A DNA stretch of 64,000 nt from Gemmatimonadaceae bacterium (GCA_045803545.1 JBJMOW010000006.1:96001-160000), one strand, 5' to 3'. Positions 28,004-38,422 are shown, counted from the first letter of the stretch. Made by a program: numbers and translations. Notes: a model not told the origin generated them from the letters alone.

Positions 28004-29335
28004 TCAGCCTGCAGTCAGCGGCTTGACGCGCGGTAGCGTGAAGGAGAAAGTCGTGCCGGAGCCAACAGCGCTATCACACCAGATGCGTCCGCCGTGGGCG
28101 TCGACGATTCCCTTGGCGATTGCAAGTCCCAGCCCTACGCCACGCTTGTCGTGACGCGCCTGCCAGAACTGCTCGAACAAATGCGGAACCTGCTCCGCTG
28201 AAATGCCGGGGCCCGAGTCGGTGACGCAGAAAGTCACGTCGTTCTCTCCAACAACTGCGCGCACGGTGACGTTGCCATCGACAGGCGTGAACTTCAGCGC
28301 ATTGCCGACGAGGTTTCCCAATACCTGCTGCATGCGCAGTGGATCGGCGCGCACGAATAGATCGTCGTCGGGAGGAATCACCGTCAGAAGAATGTGGCGT
28401 TTCTCCGCCCGTGGGTGGAACGCCTCGTCGGTCTGACGGAGAATAGCTGCCACTGCAAGTTCTTCCACATCGAGCGACAACTTGCCGGATTGCATTTGCA
28501 CGGTGTCCAGCAAATCACCGATCAGCCGGTTCATCTGCTTGCCGGCACGCTTGGCAATCTCGAGGATTTGCTGACGTCGCTCGGGCTCGAGGTTCTCTTC
28601 GAGCAGCTCCGTTGAAGTAACAATCAGACTCAACGGATTTCGCAGATCGTGAGCGACGACGCCAAGCACTTCCTCGCGCGCCTGGGCGATGAACTCGGCA
28701 GATTTTCTCCGTTCCTGCTCGGCGTCGTAACTGCGTGCGCGCGCCAGCGCGGTAGCGGTCACTTGCGCCAGCAGCGAAGTGAATGGGCGATCGGAGGCGC
28801 CAAGAGCGGCAGCCTCCTTGAAGTGAAGCGTTATCGCACCGATGGTCCGGCCGGTGTGCACCAGCGGCATCGCGATATAGGTCTGCATGTCGGCGATCTC
28901 GCTAAACCCGGCGTAAGTGCCTCCGTATCGTTCCTGAAACTCCGCGCCCGACTCCAGGGAAATCATTGCACCCCTGCGCAGCGCATCGACGACCGGGACG
29001 TCAGTATCGAGAGTAACGGTATCCAGATAGGAGATCAGCGCGGGACTGAAGCCGCTCGAGCCGAGGATGTGGATCTTGTTGTCTTCCAGCGAGATGAGGA
29101 TGCCACGCGCTGCTTCGACCACCGCCAGACCTTTGCTGAGGAAGACGCGCGCTACGTCGTCGACAGATCGCGCCTCGGAAAGAGACGTGTTGAGGTCGAG
29201 CAGCTTCGTGGCGCGACTCCTCACGCGATCGAGCTCTTCGCGGAGTCGCGCGACCTCTGCCGATGATTCGGCGTTCAACTTCGCAGGACGGTCCGCAGCG
29301 GCGCTCGTCACTTCAGGCGATTGTTGCAGCTTCAA
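28004..29335 (-). CDS. GAF-domain sensor histidine kinase
   Basis: GAF domain; AHDLRNPL H-box; NLVGNALKFT; DSGPG; GLGLAI; start uncertain. Confidence 0.9.
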   Translation of the reverse strand: MKLQQSPEVTSAAADRPAKLNAESSAEVARLREELDRVRSRATKLLDLNTSLSEARSVDDVARVFLSKGLAVVEAARGILISLEDNKIHILGSSGFSPALISYLDTVTLDTDVPVVDALRRGAMISLESGAEFQERYGGTYAGFSEIADMQTYIAMPLVHTGRTIGAITLHFKEAAALGASDRPFTSLLAQVTATALARARSYDAEQERRKSAEFIAQAREEVLGVVAHDLRNPLSLIVTSTELLEENLEPERRQQILEIAKRAGKQMNRLIGDLLDTVQMQSGKLSLDVEELAVAAILRQTDEAFHPRAEKRHILLTVIPPDDDLFVRADPLRMQQVLGNLVGNALKFTPVDGNVTVRAVVGENDVTFCVTDSGPGISAEQVPHLFEQFWQARHDKRGVGLGLAIAKGIVDAHGGRIWCDSAVGSGTTFSFTLPRVKPLTAG

Positions 29336-29382
29336 ACTCCCGGTAGTGGGATAGCCCGTGTCAGCCCGTATAACACTCGCTT

Positions 29383-32163
29383 CTAACCCGTGTTCCGCAA
29401 GCCTTGAGCGATGCCGCTCAGCGTGGTGGACAAGGCATTTTCAATCGCTTCCTTCTCGCGCTCGTCGGCACCAGCGCCCGTCCGCTTCCGACGCAACAGA
29501 GATATCTGCAGCAGCGACAGCGGATCGACGTAAGGATTCCGCAACGCGATCGCCGACTGCAGGACCGGAATATCATCGAGCAACTGTCGATGCCCCCGAA
29601 TCAACAACAGCGATTCGACAGCGCGCTGGTATTCCTCGATCAATCGCTCAGCCAGCTTGATATCCGCGCCAAGATGTCGGATGTAAGCGCGGGCGATATC
29701 GACGTCGGTCTTCGCGCAAACCATCTCCGCCTTGCCGAGCATGTCGTCGACAAACGGCCACGCCGACGCCATCCGCTGCAAGCGGCGCAGTCCCGCGCGT
29801 GTTGCGACCTCTTCACCGAGGGCGGTTCCGACGCCGAGCCAACCGGTAAGCATCAGGCGGATCTGGGTCCAGCCGAAACCCCATGGTATTGCGCGAATAC
29901 CTTCGATTCCCGCTTTCGCTCCGGGTCGATAGGCGGGACGTGAGCCGAAGCGAGCGTTCGCGAGCTCGTCGATGGGTGTAGCCATTCTGAACAGCTGAAA
30001 CAGCTCGTCGTTATCGTAGACCAGATCGTGATAAACCGCGCGCGACCGCGCAGCGACGCGATCCATCACTTCGCGAAAGTCTTCGACTTCCTTTACGCCG
30101 GCCGTCTTGCGCCAGTCCGTGAATTCGTGGAGCAGCACACCCGCGGCGGTGACTTCCAGTGTGCGCTCCGCTACGGGCAACAATCCGAATTGCTGCGAGA
30201 TGATCTCGCCCTGCTCGGTGATCTTGATCCGCCCGCGCGTAGTGCCCGGTGGAAGTGCAGCGAGGGCTCGATAGACTGGTGATCCACCGCCCCGGCCGAC
30301 GCTGCCTCCGCGCCCGTGAAACAGCGTCAGCTCGATTCCCGCTTCGTCGAATACGTCGGCCAGCGCCTCCTGCGCGCCGTAGAGCGCCCAGGACGACGCG
30401 ATCATACCAGCGTCTTTGCTCGAATCCGAGTAGCCGATCATCACTTCCTGTCGGCGGCCACGCGCTTCCAGCTGCTTCGCGTACAGGCTGTCATTGAGCA
30501 GCGTGCGCATGATCCCGGGAGCGTGCTCCAGATCCTCGAGTGTCTCGAACAACGGCACCACGTTCAGGCGCGACATCGGCGTCTTCCCCGCGAGATCCAC
30601 CAATCCCGCTTCCCGAGCGAGCAGCAGCACCTTTAACAGATCGTCGACGGAGCGCGTCATCGAAACGATGTACGTAGAGGCGGCTGCTTGCCCGGCCTCG
30701 TTCTGAACGGTCCGAATGGCGCGGAAAGTGTCTATTACTCGCCTGGTGTCGTCGGAAAGCTTCCGATTGCTCAGCAGCGATCTGTGTTTCTCCGAGAGCA
30801 GTCGCCTGAGCGTCGCGGTTTCGTTCTTCGATTTCTGCCGAGGAAGTATTTCTGCTACCGCTGCGGTGTGAACGTCGGCGTGATCACGAACATCCATCAT
30901 CAGGCCGTGAAATCCATGGGCGCGCACTGTTGCCAACAACGGATCAAATGTGGTCCGACACGCCTGCTCCGCGCCTGCGCGGAGTAGGGCACCCCGAACC
31001 AGCATCAGGTCCGCTTCAAGCGCATTGACGTCGGGGTATGCGGCTCGCTCGCGCCGTGGACGGCCGGCATCGCGTGATGCCACCAGGCGTCGCGTCGCCT
31101 GGAGACGCTCCTCGATGAAACTGAGCTTGAGGCGGAGCGGTTCTTCGGCGTTCCGCCAGCGATTCTTCTTCCAGATCTGCGGTAGCAGCTTGCGATCTTT
31201 TTCCAGTGACTTCGTGAGATCCTCAGGTGGCTCAGCGATTGACGACGCCAATGAAAGGCGTCGCGTCAGCTCGTCAACCGCTTCGATGTAGCGGCCGAGA
31301 ATTACGTGACTCGCGCGGCGCGCGGTCGCGACGGTGATGTCGGGCGTGACGAATGGGTTTCCGTCGCGATCGCCGCCGACCCACGTCCCGAATCGCAGCG
31401 GCACTGACAATCGGAACGAGTCGGCAGAGCGCGCAAATTCTTCTTCGAAAGCCAGCGCGAGGGTCGAGTGCATGTACGCGCCGGCTTCGAGCAGCCGTGT
31501 CTCCAGATACCAAAGTGCAGTGCTAACTTCATCGAGCACTGTTGGCCGATCCTGCCGTACCTCGCTCGTCAGCCACAGCAGCTCGACCTCGCCTTCGAGC
31601 GTCTGTTCGATGAGTCGGACAGCATCAGCCGGTGCCGACTCGCGCGCGAGCAAACCAGATGCAACTCGAGCCTGCAGGCCTAGCAGGGTTCGTCGGGTCG
31701 ACTCGGTCGGATGCGCTGTCAGCACCGGGCGGATGTCGAGCTTCAGCATCGCCTTTTCGATATTGTCGCCACTGGCACCGACGCTCCGCAGCTGCTTCAT
31801 CGTCCAGCGCGCCGAAGCGGCCTGAGGCTCGACGCCGGACTTTCCCAGATATGCGTTGCGGCGCCGTACGCGGTGGGTTTGCTCGGCGGTGTTGATTAAA
31901 AGGAAGAACAATGTGAAGGCACGAGCTGCGACCGCGCACTCTTCGACGGTCAGCCCGTCAATAACCCGTAGAATCTCTTCCAGCGTAAGGGCACCAACTT
32001 CGTTGTGGCGTCGGGCCCGCGTTGCCACGCGTAACCGCTCCACAATGGCGAAGGCTTCATCGCCTTCCAGTCTGCGTATTACCCGCCCCAACGTCGCTGC
32101 AAGCCAGCGGACGTCCTCATGGAGGGGTAGATCATCTTTTCGGGGAGGTGCGGGGCTTGGCAC
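29383..32163 (-). CDS. ppc: Phosphoenolpyruvate carboxylase
   Basis: VLTAHPTE, GGDRDGNP, VMIGYSDSSKD, FHGRGGSVGRGG and terminal LRNTG. Confidence 0.97.
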   Translation of the reverse strand: MPSPAPPRKDDLPLHEDVRWLAATLGRVIRRLEGDEAFAIVERLRVATRARRHNEVGALTLEEILRVIDGLTVEECAVAARAFTLFFLLINTAEQTHRVRRRNAYLGKSGVEPQAASARWTMKQLRSVGASGDNIEKAMLKLDIRPVLTAHPTESTRRTLLGLQARVASGLLARESAPADAVRLIEQTLEGEVELLWLTSEVRQDRPTVLDEVSTALWYLETRLLEAGAYMHSTLALAFEEEFARSADSFRLSVPLRFGTWVGGDRDGNPFVTPDITVATARRASHVILGRYIEAVDELTRRLSLASSIAEPPEDLTKSLEKDRKLLPQIWKKNRWRNAEEPLRLKLSFIEERLQATRRLVASRDAGRPRRERAAYPDVNALEADLMLVRGALLRAGAEQACRTTFDPLLATVRAHGFHGLMMDVRDHADVHTAAVAEILPRQKSKNETATLRRLLSEKHRSLLSNRKLSDDTRRVIDTFRAIRTVQNEAGQAAASTYIVSMTRSVDDLLKVLLLAREAGLVDLAGKTPMSRLNVVPLFETLEDLEHAPGIMRTLLNDSLYAKQLEARGRRQEVMIGYSDSSKDAGMIASSWALYGAQEALADVFDEAGIELTLFHGRGGSVGRGGGSPVYRALAALPPGTTRGRIKITEQGEIISQQFGLLPVAERTLEVTAAGVLLHEFTDWRKTAGVKEVEDFREVMDRVAARSRAVYHDLVYDNDELFQLFRMATPIDELANARFGSRPAYRPGAKAGIEGIRAIPWGFGWTQIRLMLTGWLGVGTALGEEVATRAGLRRLQRMASAWPFVDDMLGKAEMVCAKTDVDIARAYIRHLGADIKLAERLIEEYQRAVESLLLIRGHRQLLDDIPVLQSAIALRNPYVDPLSLLQISLLRRKRTGAGADEREKEAIENALSTTLSGIAQGLRNTG

Positions 32164-32263
32164 GGCGGAAAAATATCATTGTCTGACGGTTAAGGGGCTA
32201 TCCTGGACCCTCCGTGAATCGTCCTATGAATGCCACGATTCACAGCGCCGTCAGTTAACAAAT

Positions 32264-33142
32264 ATGAAGATACCTCACAGCCGTCCAATCCTTGTTTCCT
32301 TCGGACTGGCGTCAACGGCACTCGTGCTGTGCGCCCTGCTCGTGCTGGAATGGAGAGGCGGTTCAGCTGCAGTCGAGTCCTTCGAATGGGTCAGTCATAC
32401 CCTCGAAGTCCAGCGTGAGCTGACGACCGTCGAAGCTCGCATCAGCGAGGCAGAATCAGGACAGCGTGGCTACCTGCTCAGCGATGACCCGGAATACCTG
32501 CGCCAGTACACCGAGGCGACGCGCGACGTCGCCAATCGCCTGTACAATCTCAGACAAATCGTCGCCGACAACTCCGCGCAGCTGCGCCGCTTGCTGATCA
32601 TCGAATCGCTTTCCCGGCGCAAGCTCGCCGAGCTGGATTCAACGATCAAGCTGGCCCGCGCCGGCAGGAAGTCTGATGCGCTCAGTTTCACGCGCAAACC
32701 CTACAGCGACAGCCTGATGACGTCGATTCGCTCCAGCCTGCGGGCGATGACTGAGGAGGAAGCGCAGGTACTGCGCGCCCGCCAGAAGGACCTGGTCAAC
32801 GACATGCGGGACGCTGACATGGTTTCGATAGCCCTTAGCGGCGGTTTGGCGCTGATGTTCGTCGCACTGCTGGTGATTGCGCGCGGCGCCGAGCACTACC
32901 GGAACCTCGTGACACTCTGCGCGTGGACTCGATCGGTCGAGTACGAGGGCGAGTGGATAAGCTTCGAGGAGTATCTGCGCCGCAAGTTCCAGGTAAGCAC
33001 CACTCACGGGATCTCGCCCGAAGCGTTGACGCAGATTCAGGTTGGGCTCGATGAAGACAAGGACGATAAGATCGTTCCGATCGAGCCAATTGATCCGATC
33101 GAGCCAATCGAGCCGATCGATCCCAAGAAGCTGGCTAGTTAA
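32264..33142 (+). CDS. CHASE3-domain membrane protein lacking an enzymatic output domain
   Basis: TM-WVSHT...EAESGQRGYLL-TM; short cytoplasmic tail. Confidence 0.85.
   Translation: MKIPHSRPILVSFGLASTALVLCALLVLEWRGGSAAVESFEWVSHTLEVQRELTTVEARISEAESGQRGYLLSDDPEYLRQYTEATRDVANRLYNLRQIVADNSAQLRRLLIIESLSRRKLAELDSTIKLARAGRKSDALSFTRKPYSDSLMTSIRSSLRAMTEEEAQVLRARQKDLVNDMRDADMVSIALSGGLALMFVALLVIARGAEHYRNLVTLCAWTRSVEYEGEWISFEEYLRRKFQVSTTHGISPEALTQIQVGLDEDKDDKIVPIEPIDPIEPIEPIDPKKLAS
33075..33124 (+). repeat. 9-nt coding tandem repeat (PIE/PID x5)
   Basis: CCGATCGAG-like units encoding PIEPIDPIEPIEPIDP. Confidence 0.8.
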
Positions 33143-33180
33143 TCCACGAGCCGCGCCGGCAGCCAGGCGCGCTCGTCTAA

Positions 33181-33894
33181 CTACCGCAGTCTTCGCGCGA
33201 GGCCCGCGAGGTAATCGGCAGCCTGCGCGATCGGCTTCGCGCCAGCCATCACTGCACGATCGAGCGCCGGGATGCGCGGCTCACCATTAATGTTGCGGAT
33301 TCCGAGTCTGCGTCGCAATTCGTCGCGGAGAGCCCGCGCCGGGCGATAGAAGACTTCACGATACGTCCGCCAGGTGCGCAGGTTGTGCTCCATTAACTCG
33401 CCGCTCTGTTGATCGAGCGCTTCGTCTTTTTCTGCGTCCGAGGATGCAGCAGGCAACGGGTCAGACTCCAGGGATTTGACGAACTCGCGATCACTGCCGG
33501 CCTCAAACCGCTTCATCTCGTCGGCCAGTTGCAACGCTTCGATTTTCAGTTCGGCGGTATCGAGCACGGAGAGCTGACTGGTCAGCGTATCAGTCGTCTC
33601 GGCGACGACCCCATCCACCGCTGTCGGAGATTCGAAGCCGGTAAAACGCGGACCGGTGACCAGCAGCCACAAGAACTCCGCAAACGTCGTCACGAAATAG
33701 CACGAAGCCGCGACGACAATGAAGCGGATCACTTTTGGCTCGCCGCGCAGGACGCCGTGTCCCTGCCAGAGTATGTTAAGCGCGGCGATGGTAACGCAGC
33801 CGGCGATTCTGGTGGGTTGTGCCAGCGGAAGCTGTTCCCACGCGATCGGAGTCGCGCGCCGCAGAACGCGAATAACTATTGGAGTTCTCACCAT
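33181..33894 (-). CDS. Hypothetical membrane protein
   Basis: Two hydrophobic segments and a helical C-terminus; no recognised family. Confidence 0.55.
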   Translation of the reverse strand: MVRTPIVIRVLRRATPIAWEQLPLAQPTRIAGCVTIAALNILWQGHGVLRGEPKVIRFIVVAASCYFVTTFAEFLWLLVTGPRFTGFESPTAVDGVVAETTDTLTSQLSVLDTAELKIEALQLADEMKRFEAGSDREFVKSLESDPLPAASSDAEKDEALDQQSGELMEHNLRTWRTYREVFYRPARALRDELRRRLGIRNINGEPRIPALDRAVMAGAKPIAQAADYLAGLARRLR

Positions 33895-34055
33895 GAAAAG
33901 ACTGTTGCGTGAGCTAGGCAGTCACGCTACCACAGAAGAGTTTCGGAGCAAGTAGGTGTTACCTATTTGCTGATTTGCTTCTTGCCTGGCCGGTTAACGC
34001 GAAACCTTTACGCGATGATGTCGTAAGGGAAAACTCGCTCGAGCACAACACCACA

Positions 34056-34838
34056 ATGAACTCCGGCTATACGGACGAACTTCCGCTTCTCTACGACCAC
34101 GTTGCCCTTTACGGGTCACGAGGTGACATCGGATTCTACGTCGACCTTGCTCGGGGTACCAAAGGCGATGTTCTTGAGCTGGGATGTGGTAGCGGTCGTA
34201 TCCTGCTGCCCATCGCTCGACTGGGTAAGCGCATCGATGGTCTTGATTCCTCAGAGGCGATGCTGGCTCGGTGCGCGCGCAAACTCGACGCGGAGCCGAA
34301 TTCTGTAAAGGCCAAGGTCTCGTTGCACGGCGGCGATGCACGTGGCTTTGATCTCGGCCGCGTGTTTGCACTGGTCATAGCGCCGTTCCGCGTACTTCAG
34401 AATCTATGTTCCATCGACGACCAGCTCGGATTCCTTAGAAGCGCCGCCCGCCATCTCGCCGGCGACGGCCGCCTCGCGTTTGACGTCTTCAATCCCAACT
34501 TCAGCGCTATGGTCGCCTCCGACGGGATAGAACGCGAAGACACGCCACCAACAACCTTGCCCGACGGCCGCGTTTTTCGGCGCACTGCTCGCGTAAAACG
34601 TGTACGGAGGGTGGATCAGATCAGTGAGATCGACCTCACGTACTACCTGATCAACGCCAGCGGGGAAGACGTGCCTCTGTTCGTACACTCACTCGAAATG
34701 CGGTGGTACTTGCGATCGGAACTGGTGCATCTCATCGAGCGGTCGGGAATGGCCATCGAGGCTATTTATGGTGACTTTGACGGGAGCCCGCTGACCGACG
34801 CATCGCCGGAAATCATCGCTATCACGCGGCCCAAATAG
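34056..34838 (+). CDS. Class I SAM-dependent methyltransferase
   Basis: VLELGCGSGR, GLDSSEAML and YGDFDGSP. Confidence 0.9.
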   Translation: MNSGYTDELPLLYDHVALYGSRGDIGFYVDLARGTKGDVLELGCGSGRILLPIARLGKRIDGLDSSEAMLARCARKLDAEPNSVKAKVSLHGGDARGFDLGRVFALVIAPFRVLQNLCSIDDQLGFLRSAARHLAGDGRLAFDVFNPNFSAMVASDGIEREDTPPTTLPDGRVFRRTARVKRVRRVDQISEIDLTYYLINASGEDVPLFVHSLEMRWYLRSELVHLIERSGMAIEAIYGDFDGSPLTDASPEIIAITRPK

Positions 34839-34855
34839 TCTTTAGGTCGATTGGC

Positions 34856-35395
34856 TTACAGCGGTCGGGACATTATGTGGTCGTCGCCGATTTGCTCGCC
34901 GAAATGAAATGCTGCAGATCCGACTGCGGTAAACCCCATCCGCTGATAGAACCCGATCGCCCACGGCGCCTCTTTCCAGACTTGGAGCCAGATCGTGTCG
35001 GCGCTTCGCTGGCGCGACTCGTGGAAGCATTTCTCCATCAGCGCCGCACCAATCCCGCGGCCCTGCGCGGCTGCCTCGACGTAGAATCGCACCACCTCGA
35101 AGCTGTTGTAGCTGCTCACGCCCTCGGGAAGCTCTCTAGTTTTGCGGAGAAACGCGTAACCGAGCGGATGCGTCGTTTCGTCCTCGGCGACGAACATGGT
35201 CACATCACCGTCTGTGATTTCGTCGCGGACTTTATCGCCCGAGAATGAACGCGCGAGATACCGACTGAGCTCCGGTTCCGGATGCGTTGGTCCGTATGCC
35301 TCCGTAAACAGTCGCGCGGCTAGCTCCCCCAGCATCTTCGCGTCGCTTGCCGTGCACCGGCGGATTGCGAATTCACTCGCGGTGCGCGTCGCCAT
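34856..35395 (-). CDS. GNAT N-acetyltransferase (PaiA-like)
   Basis: RFYV, QGRGIGAALM, WLQVW and FYQRMGF. Confidence 0.88.
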   Translation of the reverse strand: MATRTASEFAIRRCTASDAKMLGELAARLFTEAYGPTHPEPELSRYLARSFSGDKVRDEITDGDVTMFVAEDETTHPLGYAFLRKTRELPEGVSSYNSFEVVRFYVEAAAQGRGIGAALMEKCFHESRQRSADTIWLQVWKEAPWAIGFYQRMGFTAVGSAAFHFGEQIGDDHIMSRPL

Positions 35396-36618
35396 CACCG
35401 CACTCCGGAAATTGCGCGAATGAGCTGGCCGTCATCGGCGCCGATTTCCCAAATAATGATGCCGCCGAGGTTGTGCTCGCGCATGTAGTCTACTTTGGCC
35501 CGCACGGATTGCGGATCGTCGTAGGTGATCCACGTTCCGTTCAACGCATCGTACAGCCAGGGAACTTTTGCCGACGCTTCCCAATGCCGAACGTAGCGGG
35601 GATCGCTGAGCCGCGTGCGCGACAGTCTGCGCCAGTCGCCGTCCGATTCGTGCCAGTCACGCGGCTTGCCGGGCGACGGTTGAAAGAGTCCCGCGTTGGT
35701 CTTCGGAACGCGCCCATACGCGCGAGCAAAGAATGGCACACCGACGAGCAACTTTTGCGACGGCACACCTCCCTGCTCGAACGCGCGCATCGAAGCGTCG
35801 ACGTTGAGGTCGGGAGTCGGATCGTTCCTGGCCGCGAACAGCGGCGCGTTGAAGTGCGCGATCGGACCTTCGGTGTGATAGTCATACGTCATCACGTTGA
35901 TGAAATCGAGCAGCGGAGTGATCTGCGCCAGCTCGACGTTCGCGATCTCCGATGGTCGCGCTGAAGCGGCGATGGTCAGCTCATAATGACGGTTGTCGAC
36001 TTTGCCCTGCGCATCCAGCTGACGACGCAGCTCGGCCAGCAGCAGCGTAAAGTTGTGCTTGTCTGCCGGTCTCTCGACGTTACCCTTGAGCCCGCCCTGT
36101 ACCGGAAATTCCCAATCGATGTCGATGCCGTCGAACAGTCCGGGCCATTTGTGGAAGAAGAGCTCGATCGCAGACTCAGTAAACCGCTTGCGCGATTCAT
36201 CGGTCAGCGCAGCATCGGAGAACCGCGCCGATCCGCCCCACCCACCGATCGAGATCGTGAGCTTCAGATGTGGATTCTTCGCCTTGAGCTTGCGCAGCTC
36301 GCCAAAGTTTCCGCCCGGTTGCCCGGACGACGATTCGCCACGTCCGCACACGCCGATGTCGACACACCGATCGCCGAGCACCACCTCGCCTGACGCGTCT
36401 ATCAGCGCGAAGGCGTAGTAGATGTGAGTAAGCTGGTTTGCCGGCAGTTTTGCGATGGGGGTGCCTTTCGACTTCACTCCCCACGAGGCTAGGTAACCCA
36501 CGACGCGCATGGGGGGCGCGGCGGCTGTGAATGGAGCCGCACCGGTCGCCACGACGAGTGTCGTTAGAGCAGCGAGCGCAATGGCGGCGTATAGTCCGCT
36601 GCGCAATCTGCCAATCAC
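35395..36618 (-). CDS. GH18 chitinase, secreted
   Basis: SIGGW, FDGIDIDWEFP (DxDxE), MTYDY and WITYDD; GTG start chosen just before the signal peptide. Confidence 0.92.
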   Translation of the reverse strand: MIGRLRSGLYAAIALAALTTLVVATGAAPFTAAAPPMRVVGYLASWGVKSKGTPIAKLPANQLTHIYYAFALIDASGEVVLGDRCVDIGVCGRGESSSGQPGGNFGELRKLKAKNPHLKLTISIGGWGGSARFSDAALTDESRKRFTESAIELFFHKWPGLFDGIDIDWEFPVQGGLKGNVERPADKHNFTLLLAELRRQLDAQGKVDNRHYELTIAASARPSEIANVELAQITPLLDFINVMTYDYHTEGPIAHFNAPLFAARNDPTPDLNVDASMRAFEQGGVPSQKLLVGVPFFARAYGRVPKTNAGLFQPSPGKPRDWHESDGDWRRLSRTRLSDPRYVRHWEASAKVPWLYDALNGTWITYDDPQSVRAKVDYMREHNLGGIIIWEIGADDGQLIRAISGVR

Positions 36619-36620
36619 AG

Positions 36621-36768
36621 AACGAAAGCCGGGAGCTACCAGCTTAGGGAGCCTATTAGCTCGGAGCACGGTTGTAAGCACGCCCTCATATAAGGTTGCG
36701 CGCACCCAAAAATCAAACCGTGCTCGGCGCTAAGCTGCTCCCTAAGCTGGCAGCTCCCGGCTTTCGTT
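36621..36768. repeat. Long hairpin element D, ~53-bp arms
   Basis: 36621-36673 is nearly the reverse complement of 36716-36768; AGC recurs about every 7 nt. Confidence 0.9.
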
Positions 36769-36815
36769 TCGTGGATGCTAGCCCGCGACTAGCCTCTCCG
36801 CCGTCCGTCCGATCC

Positions 36816-37967
36816 CTATGCTGCGTCCGGCCGCGGCAGTGTAAACGAGAACGTCGCCCCCTGCCCCGGCTGTGTCTCGCACCATATCATGCCGCCGTGC
36901 GCTTCGACCATTCCCTTGGCGATGGGGAGGCCGAGGCCGACGCCGCGGTGGTCGTTGCGGGATTGCCAGAAGTTGTCGAAAAGGTGTTCGACATCCCCGG
37001 GATTGATGCCGGGGCCGGTGTCCGATACGTGAAACGCGACGTTGTGTCCGTTTGGTGAAGCGCGCAGGGTAACCGTGCCGCGCTCTGGTGTGAACTTGAG
37101 GGCGTTGCCAACCAGATTGCCCATGATCTGAGACACCCGAAACGGATCCGCGCGCACCACGACGTCGTCGCCGGGCGGAACGGCGACCAGCTCGATGCTG
37201 CGATTCGCAGCGAGCGGGCGGAATGCCTCTTCGGTCTGGGAGAAGATCGTCTTTACCGGCAGTTCTTCGACGTCGAGCGTGAATTTTCCCGCCTGCAGTC
37301 GCACCGTGTCGAGCAAGTCTGCGATCAAGCGGTTCATCTGCCTGGCCGACCGCATCATCACCGACAACAGCTGCCTTTTCTTGAACCGGTCCAACCTCTC
37401 CTGCAGCATCAGGTCCGCCGAGCTGACGATGATGCTCAATGGATTGCGTAGATCGTGTGCAACGACCGCAAGAACTTCCTCGCGCGCCCGCGCCATCAGT
37501 TCCGCGGTGCGACGACGCTCACGCTCGTCGTTGTAGCTGCGCCCGACTTCCTCGTTCATGCGCTTGAGCTCTGCCGCGCGCAATTCCGCGAGCGCACGTG
37601 CACGCTGCAGCGCTGTCATCGTAGCGGTGATCGTCACGGAGACGATCAGGAAAGCGATGATCTCGAGCGCCTCGATTCTATCGATGCGGAGAGAGCCACC
37701 GGGCGCGAAAAAGTTGATGTCGATCAGCACCAATGCGAGCAGCGTCGCCACGCTGCTTGGTCCTACGCCGCCGTACCACGCCGAAAGTGCAACCGCAGGA
37801 ACAAAGAACAAAAAGCTCGGCGTAGGTCCATCGCGACGTAGGACGAGTGTAGCTGCCAACGCTATTGCAGTAGCGGCAAATGCAAGCGCGAAACGCGCCA
37901 GGTGCAATCGTATGTTTACCGACCGTGGTTTCGTCACTTGGCCGTGATTCAGGTCGCTCACCAGCAC
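36816..37967 (-). CDS. DUF4118 (KdpD-like TM) sensor histidine kinase
   Basis: PAVALSAWYGGVGP TM domain; AHDLRNPL; NLVGNALKFT. Confidence 0.88.
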   Translation of the reverse strand: MLVSDLNHGQVTKPRSVNIRLHLARFALAFAATAIALAATLVLRRDGPTPSFLFFVPAVALSAWYGGVGPSSVATLLALVLIDINFFAPGGSLRIDRIEALEIIAFLIVSVTITATMTALQRARALAELRAAELKRMNEEVGRSYNDERERRRTAELMARAREEVLAVVAHDLRNPLSIIVSSADLMLQERLDRFKKRQLLSVMMRSARQMNRLIADLLDTVRLQAGKFTLDVEELPVKTIFSQTEEAFRPLAANRSIELVAVPPGDDVVVRADPFRVSQIMGNLVGNALKFTPERGTVTLRASPNGHNVAFHVSDTGPGINPGDVEHLFDNFWQSRNDHRGVGLGLPIAKGMVEAHGGMIWCETQPGQGATFSFTLPRPDAA

Positions 37968-38087
37968 TCTGATTACGCCGCTGCAACCGATAGCGTTGAC
38001 GCGACCTATGTAGTCCTTGTGTCATTTCGTCGTGTTGTGTGCGGAATTTGCTAATGTCGGCAGTGAACGCCTAACCAGAGGATTGAC

Positions 38088-38420
38088 ATGAAATTCCTTA
38101 CCATCGCGGCGACTGTAGTTGGCTACGCGGCACTGGTCGCCGCCGCGCCAGCTCCGGCGCCAGTGCCGGTGCACAGCGCGTGGACCTTGCAGCAGGCCTG
38201 TCCGGCAGCGCCCGCAGTCGCCCGCGGCTATTTGGCCAATCAGGTATCGGCCGGCCGCAAGCTGACGATGTCACGCGCCGCCGCCGTCGCCGAGATCACG
38301 AAGATCACTGGCACCGACGGAGAGTTTGCGGGCCTCAAGCCGTGCGACTCGGGTTACCCGAACGCGGTGCGGTTCTACCTCGACGAAGTGATCAAGGCCG
38401 GCACAAACAACAGCGTTTAG
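38088..38420 (+). CDS. Small secreted hypothetical protein
   Basis: RBS GAGGA; signal peptide; two Cys residues. Confidence 0.6.
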   Translation: MKFLTIAATVVGYAALVAAAPAPAPVPVHSAWTLQQACPAAPAVARGYLANQVSAGRKLTMSRAAAVAEITKITGTDGEFAGLKPCDSGYPNAVRFYLDEVIKAGTNNSV

Positions 38421-38422
38421 AC

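Noticed and set aside
31856..32263. N-terminal extension of the CHASE3 ORF
   Set aside because: Overlaps ppc on the opposite strand; ATG 32264 directly precedes TM1
36619..36705. Extended chitinase N-terminus
   Set aside because: Reads through hairpin D; the signal peptide begins after 36618
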